Positions 27,335 to 36,445 of a stretch of 64,000 nt of DNA are shown piece by piece. A program made the position numbers and the translations under genes. This DNA comes from an uncultured delta proteobacterium (lineage in GTDB: Bacteria > Myxococcota_A > Polyangia > Polyangiales > Polyangiaceae): assembly GCA_963720145.1 (NCBI GenBank), contig CAVREO010000015.1:50055-114054 (forward strand), given 5' to 3'. The notes beneath the pieces are model-generated. The model saw nothing but the letters and a program-made list of their open reading frames with translations. It was not told where the DNA came from and made no database searches. Position 1 is the first letter of the stretch; each line of letters starts with the position of its first letter.

Positions 27335-29155
27335 ATGAGCGAACGCGCCTTCTTGGGGAGTCCAATGCGAACGCGTCTCCACGCCTCTTTTTGCCTCGTT
27401 TCCGCCGGCTTCGCGGGCGCGCTCGCGGGGTGCAGCGGCACGTTTTCGACGCAGGAGACGGACGGCGGCGACGACGGCGCGACGGCGGACGTCGTCACGG
27501 CGCCCGGGAACGATGGCTCGTCGGACGCGGCAGCCGACGCCCGCTCGGGCCGCGATGCCTCGGAACGCAACTCCGCCAGGGCAGACGCCGCGACGAGCGA
27601 GGCGGCTACGGGGCCCGACGCGACATCGGTGAGTGATGCCACGAGCGACTCGCCGCTCACCGAGGACGCGACCAGCGCCGATGCGGCCGACGCACCGGAC
27701 GAGACGTGCGCCGGCCTGACGTGCAACGGAAGCTGCGTCCCGAGCGACATCCGCAACTGCGGCGCCTGCGGCAACGCGTGCCCCCCCGTGGCCAACGGGA
27801 GCGCCACGTGCTCCGGCAGCGTATGCGGCGTCGCGTGCGCGGCGGGCTTCACCGTCGGCTGCGACGGCAAGTCGTGCGTTCCGCTGCCGAACGAGGGCAT
27901 CGGCGTGTTCGTGGCGCCCGGCGGCGCAACGACCGCGTGCGGCTCGCCGGCGAATCCCTGCGGAACGATTGCCGCTGCGTTGAGCGTCGCGGCGACGACG
28001 GGATCGAGCGTCGTGTACCTGCTCCCCGGGACGTATGGCGAGACGGTCGTCCTCTCGAGCAACGTCACCATCCAGGGCGGATGGGCCTACGCGGGTAACG
28101 ACAAGTTCGCGCCCGTGTGCTCGGCCGATCCCGCGAGCGTGGCGATCATCAAGGGCACGGGAGGCGCCGGAGTGATCACGGCCGGCAGCGCCGGTGTCAT
28201 CGTGACGGGCGGCTCGCCCACGCTCGACACGGTCACCGTGCGGAGCAAGGACACAGCGTCGACCGGCGAGTCGCTCTACGGAGTCTTCGCCGTCAACGCG
28301 GGGACCGTGACCCTGAGGAACGTCGACGTGCAAGTCGCGGGAGGCGGTACCGGCCAAGCCGGGATCCAGGGCGCGCCGGGGAGCACTCCCGTATCCACGG
28401 TGTGCGTAGTCGATACGGGCAATCCCGGGACGAACGCCCCGCCAGGCGCGGGAGCGTCCGCGGGAACCTGGTCGGCCGGCGGCTTCATCTCGAATGGGGG
28501 AAGCATGGGCACGACCGGGGGCATCGGACACAACGGGGCCGCCGGCCTGCCCGGCGGCTGCGTATCGTCCGTGGATGCGTGCGGGGGAACGCCGCCCGCG
28601 TGCTCGCTCGTCATCACGAGTGGAACCTACTGCGCGAGCCCTGGAAAGTCCGGCTGCGGCGGCGGCGGCGCCGGGCCGGGCACGCCGGGAGGGGGCGCGG
28701 GCAGCAGCGTGGCGGTCTTCGCGTGGAAGTCTCAGGTGGTCGCGACGGGCACGTTCAAGACCGGCCCCGGCGGCACCGGAGGACAAGGCGGAAACACGGG
28801 TAAGCCGGGAGCAGGATCGACAGGCAGCCCCGGGGCGGACCTGCTGCAGGACAGCACCTGCAAAACGTCTTTGTGCGGCCCGGGGCACAACGTCCCGTGT
28901 TGTGTCGGGGCAACTTCTTCGGTCGCCGCTCCCGGGGGCATGGGCAGCGTGGGCGGCACCGGCGGGCTCGGTAGCCAGGGAGGCGGCGGCTCCGGCGGCG
29001 ACGCGTACTGCTTCGTGTCCGGCGGCGGAGGCACCATCGTCGCGCCGTCCGCCGCGTGCACGTACGGCACACTCCCCTTCCACGGGGGCAACTTCGGCGA
29101 CGGTCCGAGCCAAGGAGCCGACGGTACCGCCGGGGCCTCTCTCGCATTACCCTGA
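27335..29155 (+). CDS. Cys-rich-module / beta-helix-like / Gly-rich lipoprotein, paralog 3
   Basis: The start is MSERAF..SAGFAGALAGCSG (lipobox). The module reads CAGLTCNGSCVPSDIRNCGACGNACPP, followed by ..PCGTIAAALSVA..VVYLLPGTYGETV.. and a Gly-rich C-terminal half. Confidence 0.8.
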   Translation: MSERAFLGSPMRTRLHASFCLVSAGFAGALAGCSGTFSTQETDGGDDGATADVVTAPGNDGSSDAAADARSGRDASERNSARADAATSEAATGPDATSVSDATSDSPLTEDATSADAADAPDETCAGLTCNGSCVPSDIRNCGACGNACPPVANGSATCSGSVCGVACAAGFTVGCDGKSCVPLPNEGIGVFVAPGGATTACGSPANPCGTIAAALSVAATTGSSVVYLLPGTYGETVVLSSNVTIQGGWAYAGNDKFAPVCSADPASVAIIKGTGGAGVITAGSAGVIVTGGSPTLDTVTVRSKDTASTGESLYGVFAVNAGTVTLRNVDVQVAGGGTGQAGIQGAPGSTPVSTVCVVDTGNPGTNAPPGAGASAGTWSAGGFISNGGSMGTTGGIGHNGAAGLPGGCVSSVDACGGTPPACSLVITSGTYCASPGKSGCGGGGAGPGTPGGGAGSSVAVFAWKSQVVATGTFKTGPGGTGGQGGNTGKPGAGSTGSPGADLLQDSTCKTSLCGPGHNVPCCVGATSSVAAPGGMGSVGGTGGLGSQGGGGSGGDAYCFVSGGGGTIVAPSAACTYGTLPFHGGNFGDGPSQGADGTAGASLALP

Positions 29156-29190
29156 CGGTCGGGTGTGTCGCAGCGTGAGGAGGGGACACC

Positions 29191-31078
29191 ATGACGGGCC
29201 GCAGCGCGAGCTCCGAGACGTACGAGGCCGGTCAGGAGATCCCCGGCACGCGGTGCACCGTCGAGTACGTGCTCGGTGAGGGCGGATACGGCTCGGTGCT
29301 GCGCTGCCGTCACGTGGTGCTAAAGCGCAAGGTCGTGCTCAAGCTGATGCTCGCGAGCCACCGCGGCAGGGGTGATCTCGTCGAGCGCATGATGGCCGAA
29401 GCGCAGGCGCTGGCGCAGCTCGATCACGCGAACATCGCGCTCATTCACGACGCCGGGATGACCACCGAGGAGGTGCCGCGCCCGTTCTTGACGTTGCAGT
29501 ACTACCCGGGCGAGACGCTCGCGCAGGCGCTGCACGCCATGCCTCGCGGCAGCGGCATCGGCTTGCTGCCCGCGCTCGATCTCGCGCATCGAGCTGTGCG
29601 ACGCCCTGCGCGCGGCGCACGAGCGCGGCATCGTTCACCGCGACATCAAGCCGGCGAACATCTACCTCGCCCGCACGCCCGAGGGCCGAACGGTCACCAA
29701 GGTGATCGACTTCGGCATCGCCCACTTCAAGGAGGCGACGACGCGCGCGACCGGGAGGATGTACCTGGGGACGCCGCGTTACAGCGCGCCCGAGCAGATT
29801 CAGGGGCTGGCGCCGAGCGCGCGCACCGACCTCTACGCGGTCGGCCTCGTCCTCTACGACTGCTTGTGCGGGCGAGGACCCTTCGACCCGACCGGCGAGA
29901 ACCTCGAGTCGCACGAAATGATGCGCGCCCACCTGGAGAGGGCGCCCGCGCCGCTGTCGACGTACTGGACCGACGTCCCCGACGAGCTCGAGGATCTGGT
30001 GGCGGCGCTCGTCGCGAAGACGCCGAACAATCGTCCGCCGAATGCGTCGCTCGTGGCGCTGCGCCTGCGCGAGATCAAGGCGCGCGTTCTGGCCGAGCAG
30101 GCGCCCGCGCTCATGCCGTTCGATCCCAATCGGACCGAGCCCACACCGTTCGACAACCGGCAGATTCGGTACTCGGCCGACACCCAGCGAGACGCGGCCC
30201 CGCCGGATGGAGCTGCGCAGCCGATGCGTACGACGCAGCGGATGGAGCCCATGGCTCCGCTGGGTCCGGCCGGGACGATACGACTGCCCGTGCTGTCCGC
30301 GGAGGGTCCGACGTTCGGGCAGCCTTGGACAGCAGACGGCGGAGCGGGCGCTCCGACGGCGACGAGCGAGCCGGTCGACCGCAACGCGCCAACGCCGTCG
30401 ATGGCGCCCGAGCTCCCGCGCCTCCCGACGCACGGCACGGAAGAAGGCTGCGTACCGGACGGCGACGACGACCTCGGCTCGAGTCCGCTGGGCGCTGCGG
30501 GAGGGCGCGTGACGCCCACGCCGGCACCGGCAGCTGGTGTGCAGACCAGCGGCGGCCCCGGCACGCTGTCGAATGCGCCGGCCATCGTGAGCGTCTTGCC
30601 ATCGGTGCCGATTCGGCGCGACGGGGCGTTTGCGCGGGTGGCCGCTGCGACCGCCGGGTTGGTCGCGGCCGTCGCCCTCTCGGTGGCCATCTGGGCGTTG
30701 CGGCATACGCCCGGGAGCGGCCCCGGCTCGCCGGCGGCAGCGATCCCCATCGGTGCCACCACCGCAGCCGCGACGCGCGCGGGTGCGCCGCGCAAGACGC
30801 CGGCGCCCACGACGCCCACGACGCCCGCAGCGTCGCTCGCGTCACCCTCCGCGTCTGCGGCGCCAGCCGCCTCCGAGCCGTCCGTGAGCCCGCCGGTTTC
30901 CGCCGCGAGCGCGGCGACGGCGCCGTCCGCTGCGCCGCCGCGCCTCGCGACGACGCAGGGTTCGCCTCCCGCAGCCGCGCGGGCGCGGGAGAAGCCGAAG
31001 ACCGATCCGCTGCTCGAGCTCAAGCGAACGTTCTCGTCCTCTCCGGCGCCGCCCGAGCGTCACGCCCCCGCGTTCTGA
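29191..31078 (+). pseudogene. Ser/Thr protein kinase with a Pro/Ala-rich TM-containing C-terminal region; frame broken by an extra nucleotide at about 29587
   Basis: The motifs GEGGYGSV and VVLKLM lie in the frame starting at ATG 29191 (RBS GAGGAGGGGA). IELCDALRAAHERGIVHRDIKPANIY..VIDFGIAH..GTPRYSAPEQ continue in the +1 frame (ORF 29702..31078). Confidence 0.85.
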
Positions 31079-31104
31079 GCGGCCCGGGGTACCCTGCGGG
31101 CACG

Positions 31105-31707
31105 ATGGGCAAGGGAAGGCTCGAAGCATTCAGCGACGGAGTCATGGCCGTCATCATCACGATCATGGTGCTCGAGCTGAAGGCCCCGCGCGGCACCGAC
31201 CTCGCGGCCCTCGCGCCGATGGTTCCGGCGTTCGCGACGTACGTCGTCAGCTTCGTTTTCGTCGGCATCTACTGGAACGACCACCACCACATGCTGCACG
31301 CCGCCACGCACATCGACGGCCGCGTGCTCTGGGCGAACTTGCACCTGCTCTTCTGGCTCTCGCTGGTCCCGTTCGTGACGAGCTGGGTGGGAGAGGACAT
31401 GAGCGCGCAGGTGCCGACCGCTTGCTACGGCGTGGACCTGCTCTTGGCGGGAATCGCGTGGCTGCTGCTCAAGCAGTCGCTCCTCAGGACGAACGGCCGC
31501 GACTCCACGCTGGCGCGCGCCGTGGGGAACGACTTCAAGGGCAAGGCTTCGGCGGCGCTCTATGCGAGCGCCATCGTGCTCTCGTTCGTCAAGACGCAGG
31601 TAGCGGACGCGCTCTACGTGCTCGTCGCCGCGATGTGGCTCGTGCCCGACCGCCGCATCGAGCGGACGCTCCACGCCGGGCCCGGCCCTGGGCAGCCCTC
31701 CGTCTGA
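31105..31707 (+). CDS. TMEM175/DUF1211-family membrane protein (putative K+ channel)
   Basis: The N-terminus MGKGRLEAFSDGVMAVIITIMVLEL carries the RLxxFSDGVxAI signature. Multiple TM helices follow. Confidence 0.85.
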   Translation: MGKGRLEAFSDGVMAVIITIMVLELKAPRGTDLAALAPMVPAFATYVVSFVFVGIYWNDHHHMLHAATHIDGRVLWANLHLLFWLSLVPFVTSWVGEDMSAQVPTACYGVDLLLAGIAWLLLKQSLLRTNGRDSTLARAVGNDFKGKASAALYASAIVLSFVKTQVADALYVLVAAMWLVPDRRIERTLHAGPGPGQPSV

Positions 31708-31744
31708 ATCCGTTCGACCGGGAGGGCTCTTGGACGGAAGCCCC

Positions 31745-32791
31745 TCACGGACAGGTGTTCGTCCCTATGAGCTCGCACTTTCCGCCCGCGCACACGGCGA
31801 TGGTGTCGCACGTCTTCGTATTGTCCATCGAGTCGCAGGGCTGACCGTCGGCGATCACGGCGGGGCACGTGCCGGCCGTCTCGGCCTGCGACGACCAATT
31901 GCACTGACCGACGAGGCAGCGAACGCTGTCGCCGCAAGGCTGACCCGGGCCGGCCCAGGTGAGGGCGACGCACGTAGGCGGCGCTGCGTTCGTGCCGCCC
32001 CCGCTGCAGCCGAGACCCGCTGCGCAGTCGCCGTCCGCGTAGCAAGGTGCCCCGGTGGGTCCGGGGTTCTGGCAGGTCGACACATTCGATTGCTTCGGTG
32101 GCGGACACGCCAGCGAGCCGCTGCAGTCGCTCGCGGTCGTGCACGGCGTGCCTACCCCACCCGGGGCGACGCATTGGTGGCTCGCCAGGTTGCAAACGAG
32201 ATCCGGGTTGCAGAGAGCCGCCACCCCGTTGCAGCTCGCGCCGGCGCCGCCGCGGGTCACCGGAAGGCACATTTGCGTGGAGTAATCGCACTTCGTTCCA
32301 GCCGCGCACGTCACGCCTCCACAACCCGGAGTGCAGCTCCCGCAGGCGGATGCGCCGCCGTCGGATGCTCCGGAACCCAGCGTGCAGCGCCCGGACTGGC
32401 ACTGCGCATCCTGCACGCACGAAGCACCGCTGGCCATCGTGCCCAGTACGAAGTTGCAGTCCGTCACGAATCCAGCGCACCCCGAGGTCTCGACGGCGCT
32501 GGCGCACGCGTCGAGCGCGCTCGCCGTGATGCCGACGCCGGGCAACGCAAGGAGGGAGGCACACCCCTTCTCGAAGCGTGCCCGCACGCGCGTAAGCTCG
32601 CTCTGGGGCGGCGCGGTCGAAGAGCAGTTGGTCGCGTAGAGGATGTCGTAATAGTGGTCGCACGCGCTGGCGGCCGGCCCCCCGCCCCCGCTTCCACTAC
32701 CGCCCCCGTTCGTAGTCGTGCCGCCGCACGCGAGCACGACGAGCGTCGTAGATGCCAAAGTCGCTGCCGAATATCGACGCCACATGGTCAA
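31745..32791 (-). CDS. Cys-rich secreted lipoprotein with repeated G-x-x-C..C-x-S-G-x-C (Dickkopf-N-like) modules
   Basis: A signal/lipobox ..TLVVLACGG is followed by repeated segments such as GASCVQDAQCQSGRC, GTPCTTASDCSGSLAC, GAPCYADGDCAAGLGC and GQPCDSMDNTKTCDTIAVC. The start is TTG 32791 or ATG 32785, after GGGAGGA. Confidence 0.75.
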   Translation of the reverse strand: MTMWRRYSAATLASTTLVVLACGGTTTNGGGSGSGGGGPAASACDHYYDILYATNCSSTAPPQSELTRVRARFEKGCASLLALPGVGITASALDACASAVETSGCAGFVTDCNFVLGTMASGASCVQDAQCQSGRCTLGSGASDGGASACGSCTPGCGGVTCAAGTKCDYSTQMCLPVTRGGAGASCNGVAALCNPDLVCNLASHQCVAPGGVGTPCTTASDCSGSLACPPPKQSNVSTCQNPGPTGAPCYADGDCAAGLGCSGGGTNAAPPTCVALTWAGPGQPCGDSVRCLVGQCNWSSQAETAGTCPAVIADGQPCDSMDNTKTCDTIAVCAGGKCELIGTNTCP

Positions 32792-33012
32792 TCATCCTCC
32801 CGAAAGGAAATGCATAAGAAGCGTGGTCCCGGCCGCCTCTGCAGAGACCATACCGGGCTCACCTCGGAGCGAATCGTCGGGAAATCAGCGGCATTCGGCC
32901 GGCCGCTCGCGACACTGGGTTCGCGGCGAGTGAGGCAATTCCTTCACACGGGTACCCGCCACGCCAATCGCACGGGAACGGCAGCCGGGGCGCGCCGGGC
33001 TATCTCCACGCC

Positions 33013-33684
33013 ATGCAGAACCTCTCCCCGACGCCGCCCGGGCGACCGCGCGTCCTCGTGAACATGGCGCCCAGCCTCGACGGGAAGATCGCTCCCGCAC
33101 GGCCGCACGCTCGATTCGTCATGTCGCGCCATCCGGAGGACGCCGCGAGAATGCGAGCCCTCCGGGCCCGCGCGGACGCCATCGTGATCGGCGCGTCCAA
33201 CCTGCGCGCGGACGATCCGGATCTGATGCCGAGCGCGTTGCGCGTGGTCGTGACGCGTGCCGGCGATGGGGTCTCGCCAAGCGCGCGCATGTTCGACGCC
33301 CGCCTGCCGGGAGAAGCCGTCGTCGCGCATGCCTCGACGATGCCGGACGAGAGACGACGCGCGCTGAGCGGGCACGCCACCCTCGTCGATCTCGGCCCCT
33401 CCGAGGTGGACGTCGTTCGCTTGCTCGCATGGCTGTCCAGCGAGCGGCGGTGCCGCGTCGTTCTCTGCGAGGGCGGGGGCGTGCTGAACGCGAGGTTCTT
33501 CGCGGCGCGCGCGGTCGACGAGCTTTACCTGACGATCGTGCCGCGGATCCTCGGGGGCGCCGGAGCGCCGACGGTCGTCGAAGGCGAAGGGTTCGAGCCC
33601 GACGCGATTCCGGAGGGCCGGTTGACGGGCGTCGAACGGTTGGGGGACGAGCTGTTCGTCGTCTACGCCTTCGACTGGGGCTGA
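33013..33684 (+). CDS. RibD C-terminal-domain / dihydrofolate-reductase-like reductase
   Basis: The motifs are RPRVLVNMAPSLDGKIA, ADAIVIGASNLRADDP and VVLCEGGGVLNARFFAARAVDELYLTIVPRILGG. Confidence 0.85.
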   Translation: MQNLSPTPPGRPRVLVNMAPSLDGKIAPARPHARFVMSRHPEDAARMRALRARADAIVIGASNLRADDPDLMPSALRVVVTRAGDGVSPSARMFDARLPGEAVVAHASTMPDERRRALSGHATLVDLGPSEVDVVRLLAWLSSERRCRVVLCEGGGVLNARFFAARAVDELYLTIVPRILGGAGAPTVVEGEGFEPDAIPEGRLTGVERLGDELFVVYAFDWG

Positions 33685-33699
33685 GCGCCCGCCCCGAGC

Positions 33700-34938
33700 C
33701 TAGAACGACGGCGTGCCGCCGCCCGCGCTCCCCGCCGGAGCAGGCGACCCCGGGAGGCCCGTGCTCCTCGGCGCCGTCGAAGGCAACGTCGACCCCGAGC
33801 CCGCCGGGGTCGTCGGACCCAGGCCCGGCGCGCTCGTGGGGGTCGTGCCCGGGAAGGGCGAGCCCGTGCCCTGCGTCGTCGGCGTCGTGCCGGGGAACGG
33901 CGAACCCGTGCCCTGCGTCGTCGGCGTCGTGCCGGGGAACGGCGAACCCGTGCCCTGCGTCGTCGGCGTCGTACCCGGCAGCCCCGTAGCGGGCGCGCTG
34001 GTCACTCCGCTGCAGCTACCGAGCGTGCAGCCCTGGCCGATGCCGCACACGTTGCCGCACGAGCCGCAATTGAGCTTGTCGCTCGTCAGGTTCGCGCACC
34101 CCCCGAGGCACTTGGTCTGCCCGTCCGGGCACGTGCACTTGCCGGCCACGCACGACGAGCCTCCCGTGCATACCGCGTCGCACGTGCCGCAGTTCCAGTT
34201 GTCCGTCTGCACGTCGATGCAGCTCGCGTTGCAATAGACCTTGTCCGACGGGCAGCGCGACACGCACATGCCGCCCTTGCAGGTTTGGCTCTGCGGGCAC
34301 GAGGTGTTGCACGAGCCGCAGTGCAAGTCCTCGGTCTGCACGTCGACGCACTGGTAGCCGCACTGGGTGAGCCCGGTGCCGCAGGTGCACGTGCCTCCGT
34401 CACAGTGCGTGTCGCCGGTGCACTTCTTGTCGCAACCGCCACAGTTGGAGTCGTCGGTCTGCGCGGGGACGCACCCGCCACCGCACACCAACTCGCCCGA
34501 GGCGCACTCCGATACGCATTTGCCCTGCGAGCACAGGTCGCCGGTGGGGCACGGGTAGCCACAGGAGCCGCAGTTTTTGCTGTCTCCCATGAGATTGCTG
34601 CAGGTGCCGCCGCAATCGGTCTGACCCGAGCCGCAGACGCACTGCCCCATGTGGCAGGTCATTCCCCCGCCACACGAGACGTAGCAACCGCCGCAGTTGT
34701 CGGGGTCCGTCGACGTGTTCACGCACGCCGTCCCGCAGAACGTCAGGTTCGACGTCGGGCAGGACTCCTGGCAGACCCCGTTCACGCAGGCGGCCCCCTG
34801 CGGACAGTTGCAGCCGCCGTCGCCCGAATCGTTCGAAGAAGACTTGCACCCGGGCATCGGGACGACTGCAACTGCAGCGAGCAGGAGAGTCACGACGAGG
34901 ATGGCCGACCGAACGAGGCTGGTTGTGGACTTCGACAT
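33700..34938 (-). CDS. Cys-rich repeat lipoprotein (six CGGxC..D..NCGxCGxxC modules) with a Pro/Thr-rich repetitive C-terminus
   Basis: The start is MSKSTTSLVRSAILVVTLLLAAVAVVPMPGCKSS. The repeated motifs are NCGGC, NCGSC, NCGGC, HCGSC, NCGTC and NCGSC. The C-terminus carries (GTTPTTQGTGSPFP)x3. Confidence 0.75.
   Translation of the reverse strand: MSKSTTSLVRSAILVVTLLLAAVAVVPMPGCKSSSNDSGDGGCNCPQGAACVNGVCQESCPTSNLTFCGTACVNTSTDPDNCGGCYVSCGGGMTCHMGQCVCGSGQTDCGGTCSNLMGDSKNCGSCGYPCPTGDLCSQGKCVSECASGELVCGGGCVPAQTDDSNCGGCDKKCTGDTHCDGGTCTCGTGLTQCGYQCVDVQTEDLHCGSCNTSCPQSQTCKGGMCVSRCPSDKVYCNASCIDVQTDNWNCGTCDAVCTGGSSCVAGKCTCPDGQTKCLGGCANLTSDKLNCGSCGNVCGIGQGCTLGSCSGVTSAPATGLPGTTPTTQGTGSPFPGTTPTTQGTGSPFPGTTPTTQGTGSPFPGTTPTSAPGLGPTTPAGSGSTLPSTAPRSTGLPGSPAPAGSAGGGTPSF
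33824..33991. repeat. 42-bp in-frame tandem repeat, about 4 copies (two perfect), encoding the PGTTPTTQGTGSPF units
   Basis: Units 33866-33907 and 33908-33949 are identical. The flanking copies are degenerate. Confidence 0.8.
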
Positions 34939-35026
34939 GACGAGGGTCGTCCCCAGCAAGGGCGATGCCCCTCGAGCTCGTCCGGTCGTTCTCACCTACG
35001 GATAGGCTGGCGCGCGCCCCCGCGCC

Positions 35027-35539
35027 TCACTGCTTTTGAACGCACGGTCTGACGCACGCCGCGAACGCCGCGCAGTTCGGGTCGGCACCGCAGGCATTGA
35101 CGATGGGCCTGTCGCACGGAGCCGCGCCGCCGTCGGCGGGGGTCAAGACGTCCGTATTGAGGCAGGTCTCGCAGGCGTCGCCGGAGGCGGGCGCGGAGGG
35201 CGATTGCGCGCACGCGGAGGTCGCGCAGGCCGATCCGCAGCCACCCGTGTTTCCGCAGGCGCACGCGAGCAGCGCGCTCGCGAACGTCTGGTACCCGGAC
35301 GAGTGCACCTGGGCGCAGCATTGCTGGCAGCTCGTGTTCGTCGACTGCCCGGCGCACGTCATGTCCGTGGGGCCGTTCTGACCGGCGTCACCCTCCCCGC
35401 CCATGACCGGGGCGGACCCGTCGCCTCCCCCGTGGACCGTTCCCGTGCCGCTGCCGGTGGACCCGCTCGAACAACCGCTTCCGTAAGCCATCATCGGAAT
35501 GAAGAGCGCGACGACGCCAAACGCGTTCATGCATTTCAC
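35027..35539 (-). CDS. Small Cys-rich secreted protein (hypothetical)
   Basis: The start MKCMNAFGVVALFIPMMAYGSGCSS is a signal/lipobox. The 170-aa protein has about 20 Cys. The RBS AGGAGGAAACC lies upstream. Confidence 0.65.
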   Translation of the reverse strand: MKCMNAFGVVALFIPMMAYGSGCSSGSTGSGTGTVHGGGDGSAPVMGGEGDAGQNGPTDMTCAGQSTNTSCQQCCAQVHSSGYQTFASALLACACGNTGGCGSACATSACAQSPSAPASGDACETCLNTDVLTPADGGAAPCDRPIVNACGADPNCAAFAACVRPCVQKQ

Positions 35540-35669
35540 TGTGGTTTCCTCCTATGAGACCCCATTGGAGAGAACGGGGCAGTACGCGGTACCGCAGGAG
35601 GAATGCCAACCGCTCAGCTGCGGCAGCGTCCGATTGATGAGTTGCGCGCGTAGGCGCTGAGAACGCTCC

Positions 35670-36407
35670 TCACGGCTCCCGCCGCTCGAAGGGCAGCACC
35701 CACCAGCCGGGCCGACTCTCGTCCCGGTGCTCGCTGAGCCACGTCCAGAAGACGCCTGCCCAGCGAGCCCCACCGCGCGCGTTGGGGTGAATCCGATCCC
35801 GCTTGCGTTCGCTCGCGTCGAGCCCCGCGAGGAGCGATGCGTCGCTGTCGAAATAGACGCAAGGCGCGCAGTGGCCGCGAATGACTTCCAGAATGCCCGA
35901 CTCTCCCTTCCAAAGCGGCGGCGTCGTCCAGACGCACGACGCCCCCACCGCCTGGATCCTGCGGGCGATTCGCTCGACGGCGCCGGCGTGGACGGCCGGG
36001 AACGGGATGTCGACCTCGTTGGCGCCGAGCGTGACGATGACGAGGGACGGCTTGCGACCGAGCCACTCATCCAGCTTGGAGTCGTAAGCCCACGTCGTCG
36101 TGAATGTGGAGGTCCTGGCGTCGAGGACGTAGTCCGCGCCGCTCGCGCGGATGTGCGGCGCGATGTTCTGCCCGAAGGAGGCCTCGGCGAACGAGTCGCC
36201 GATGTGAAGCACCCAGGTACCACGTGCGCTCGGCGTGGGTTGCGGGTCGGACGGCGCCGGACGCGCCGGCGCGCCGATCCATTCGGTCGCCGCCCCTGCG
36301 CGCCTGTCGTCGGCGTGCCTCGACGCGGGTGCGCGCGCGTCGCACGCGCAGGCCCCCATCGCCAGGACGCACCCACGCGCGAAAGCCGCTGCCCTTCCCG
36401 AGGTCAC
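35670..36407 (-). CDS. SGNH/GDSL-type hydrolase lipoprotein
   Basis: The motifs are block I VLHIGDSF, LGANE and the catalytic DRIHP (DxxH). The N-terminus has the lipobox LAMGAC. Confidence 0.75.
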   Translation of the reverse strand: MTSGRAAAFARGCVLAMGACACDARAPASRHADDRRAGAATEWIGAPARPAPSDPQPTPSARGTWVLHIGDSFAEASFGQNIAPHIRASGADYVLDARTSTFTTTWAYDSKLDEWLGRKPSLVIVTLGANEVDIPFPAVHAGAVERIARRIQAVGASCVWTTPPLWKGESGILEVIRGHCAPCVYFDSDASLLAGLDASERKRDRIHPNARGGARWAGVFWTWLSEHRDESRPGWWVLPFERREP

Positions 36408-36445
36408 GCGCCAGAATGGTACGCGAGCGTACGGCGCAAGGGGAC

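Noticed and set aside
32792-33012. FMN (RFN) riboswitch upstream of the RibD-C-like reductase gene
   Set aside because: I looked for the conserved RFN core (GGGCGGGGTGAAATTCCCCACCGGCGG-like segments) and did not see it. The gene is a stand-alone RibD-C/DHFR-like reductase, not necessarily a riboflavin operon member.
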